From the NCBI GenBank assembly GCA_047495785.1, contig JBLDXI010000055.1:1054001-1118000 (forward strand): a DNA stretch of 64,000 nucleotides, in the 5' to 3' direction. A program made the position numbers and the translations under genes. Source of the stretch: Lepidodermella squamata. Lineage: Eukaryota > Animalia > Gastrotricha. The notes beneath the pieces are model-generated. The model was not told the origin of the DNA. It saw only the letters and a program-made list of their open reading frames with translations, and did no database searches. This document shows, in pieces, positions 62,076 through 64,000 of this stretch (its first letter is position 1; each line of letters starts with the position of its first letter).

Positions 62076-62501
62076 ATGGAAGATGGTATCTTGGCCACTG
62101 CGGTTTTGACGGGATACGAAACCTCTATAAAAAATTTGGAGGAAATAATGTGAGTCGAATGCTCATTTTCGTCAAACGGGTTACGTCATGTTTTTAATCA
62201 CAGCCGAAGTCAGGAAATACTCATCGAGTCTATGCAAAATGGCATATTGAGATTGCCTCGATTAGATGCTGTTCAAGATTTGGGAAAAATGGCCCAGCGT
62301 TGTGAGCTGTACACTCTGAAACTCAATACACTCCGCTCTCAAATGGCGCAATTAGGCGATCGAGTCGCAAAGTTGAAAATACGCGCCGATAAGCTTAGGA
62401 AACAACGCGAAGAATCAGTCAAAAAAGCGCTGATGAAACAGCAACGAATAGCCGATATCGAACGCCAACTTGCTGATGCGCGGCAGCGTAACAATCCGTG
62501 A
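62076..62501 (+). CDS. BLOC1S6: BLOC-1 subunit 6 (pallidin)-like; intron 62150-62203
   Basis: L.EI.RSQEILIESMQ...Y.LKLNTLRSQM..L.DRVAKLK.RA.KLRKQR...ERQL.A matches pallidin. Confidence 0.7.
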
Positions 62502-62632
62502 TTTTATTTTCAAGTTAACGCTATTATTTGTATCAATAATTCATTCCAACGATCAATTCGGTGCTTATCTAGTAAATTTTTTCATCATGAAAATTTGGTT
62601 CTTCGATAGAATTTTATTTATTTGGTTGGAAA

Positions 62633-63657
62633 ATGGTGGCCACCGAACGGAATGAGGGTGTACCGTACGACCCGTCTTGGTTTTCAGATTACCGCATCAA
62701 CACTTCTGCCGTTAATCGGAGGGCCGGAGATTATAGTGCGAAGAGATCTGTGAAAAAGCAATGGCAGGTAAAATTTAATTTTTACTAAAATCTTTCGACT
62801 ACTACTACCTACTATTTGGATAGGCCGCGTGGCTGCTTAAAGCTGTCACATGCATCGACTTGACGACCCTAAGTGGCGACGATACTTTTTCGAACGTTCA
62901 ACGGCTTTGCTACAAGGCAGCTCACCCTGTTCGTTCAGATTTGATTGACGCTCTCGGCTTCGCTAAAGAAAATTTGACCACGGGAGCTGTTTGCGTGTAT
63001 CCGAACCGTGTTCCAGACTGCGTTGAGGCGCTCAAGCAGATTAAAAACGGCAACTTGGTGCCGATCGCCAGTGTTGCTACTGGTTTCCCGGCAGGTCAAA
63101 CGCCCCTTGAAACTCGGTTGAGGGAAATCGAATGGACTGTTGCCCATGGCGCCACCGAGATTGATGTTGTGATTAATCGAGAACTGGCATTGAACTCGGA
63201 TTGGAAGGGTGTATACGACGAAGTCAAGGCTATGCGCAAAGCTTGCGGTCCCGCTCATATGAAAACCATTTTAGCTGTCGGTGAACTTGGTTCGTTACGC
63301 AATGTTTATATCGCGTCGATGGTGTCCATGATGGCCGGGTCCGATTTCATAAAAACGTCGACAGGCAAAGAGGGTGTAAATGCCACGTTCCCAGTCGGCA
63401 TAACCATGTGCCGAGCGATTCGCGACTATAAAGAGCGAACTGGCGTGAAAGTTGGGTTTAAGGCAGCTGGAGGCATTCGATCGGCTAAAGACGCCGTGAA
63501 TTGGTTGATTCTGGTCAAAGAAGAACTTGGCGATGCCTGGCTTGATCCAACACTATTCCGTATTGGTGCTAGCGCTGTGTTGGTCGACATTGAGCGACAA
63601 TTATTCCACCACGTCTACGGCCGATACGCCGCAGCTCATGAATTCCCACTGGCCTAA
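62633..63657 (+). CDS. DERA: Deoxyribose-phosphate aldolase; intron 62768-62823
   Basis: RSVKKQWQ|AAWLLKAVTCIDLTTLSGDDT, VATGFPAGQ, DFIKTSTGKE, GFKAAGGIR and LFRIGAS. Confidence 0.97.
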
Positions 63658-63830
63658 TTATAACTGATAAAACTAACAACCGGTTGATTCACTGCCACTA
63701 ATCACTGTTGAAGGCGCTAAAATAATTTTTGTGATTTTCGGATGACTTTGATTGAATATTGTACTAAAAAATGAATGATTAACTGACTATGATTTGTGTT
63801 TCTTAGATGTGTTAACCTAACATTGTTGCC

Positions 63831-64000
63831 ATGGCTCAACCGCCTCAGCAACAACAGGTCCCACCTGCCGGCAGCAGGCCACCTTTTTTGCAGGTCGCCT
63901 TCAATACACCACCGCCGGGCTTTCCACCCCCAGGTTTCATGGCCATCCCGCCTCATCTCCTGCAACCGCAACAGAATTCGACTGCTGCCGCCGCTGCGGC
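63831..64000 (+). CDS. 5' part of a Pro/Gln-rich protein running off the window
   Basis: Open frame MAQPPQQQQVPPAGSRPPFLQVAFNTPPPGF... to the window end; acceptor-like tcttag 25 nt upstream of the ATG. Confidence 0.55.
   Translation, partial: MAQPPQQQQVPPAGSRPPFLQVAFNTPPPGFPPPGFMAIPPHLLQPQQNSTAAAAA

Overview
Gene-dense, compact animal (invertebrate metazoan) genomic DNA. Most introns are very short GT-AG introns of about 50-62 nt. About 26 protein-coding genes can be supported. They include an SLC5A 3' end, two paralogous small heat-shock proteins, a coiled-coil/C2H2 gene, an SLC16 transporter, NDUFA3-like plus OXA1L, two tandem divergent Ig/FN3-type receptors, RRP7A, MICU1, SLC25A39/40, an SH3-less CD2AP/CIN85-like gene, an atypical Sox-type HMG gene, a CETN3-DNAJC17-LYRM7-Maf cluster, EVA1C/eva-1, EMSY, BLOC1S6 and DERA. 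There are also two TIR elements. The most striking signal is polycistron-like organisation: runs of co-oriented housekeeping genes 5-340 nt apart. LYRM7 stops only 5 nt before the Maf ATG, and its spliced sequence contains no internal AUG, so it is a candidate bicistronic mRNA. NDUFA3-like stops 45 nt before OXA1L. All homology calls come from recognising motifs by eye; no searches were run.
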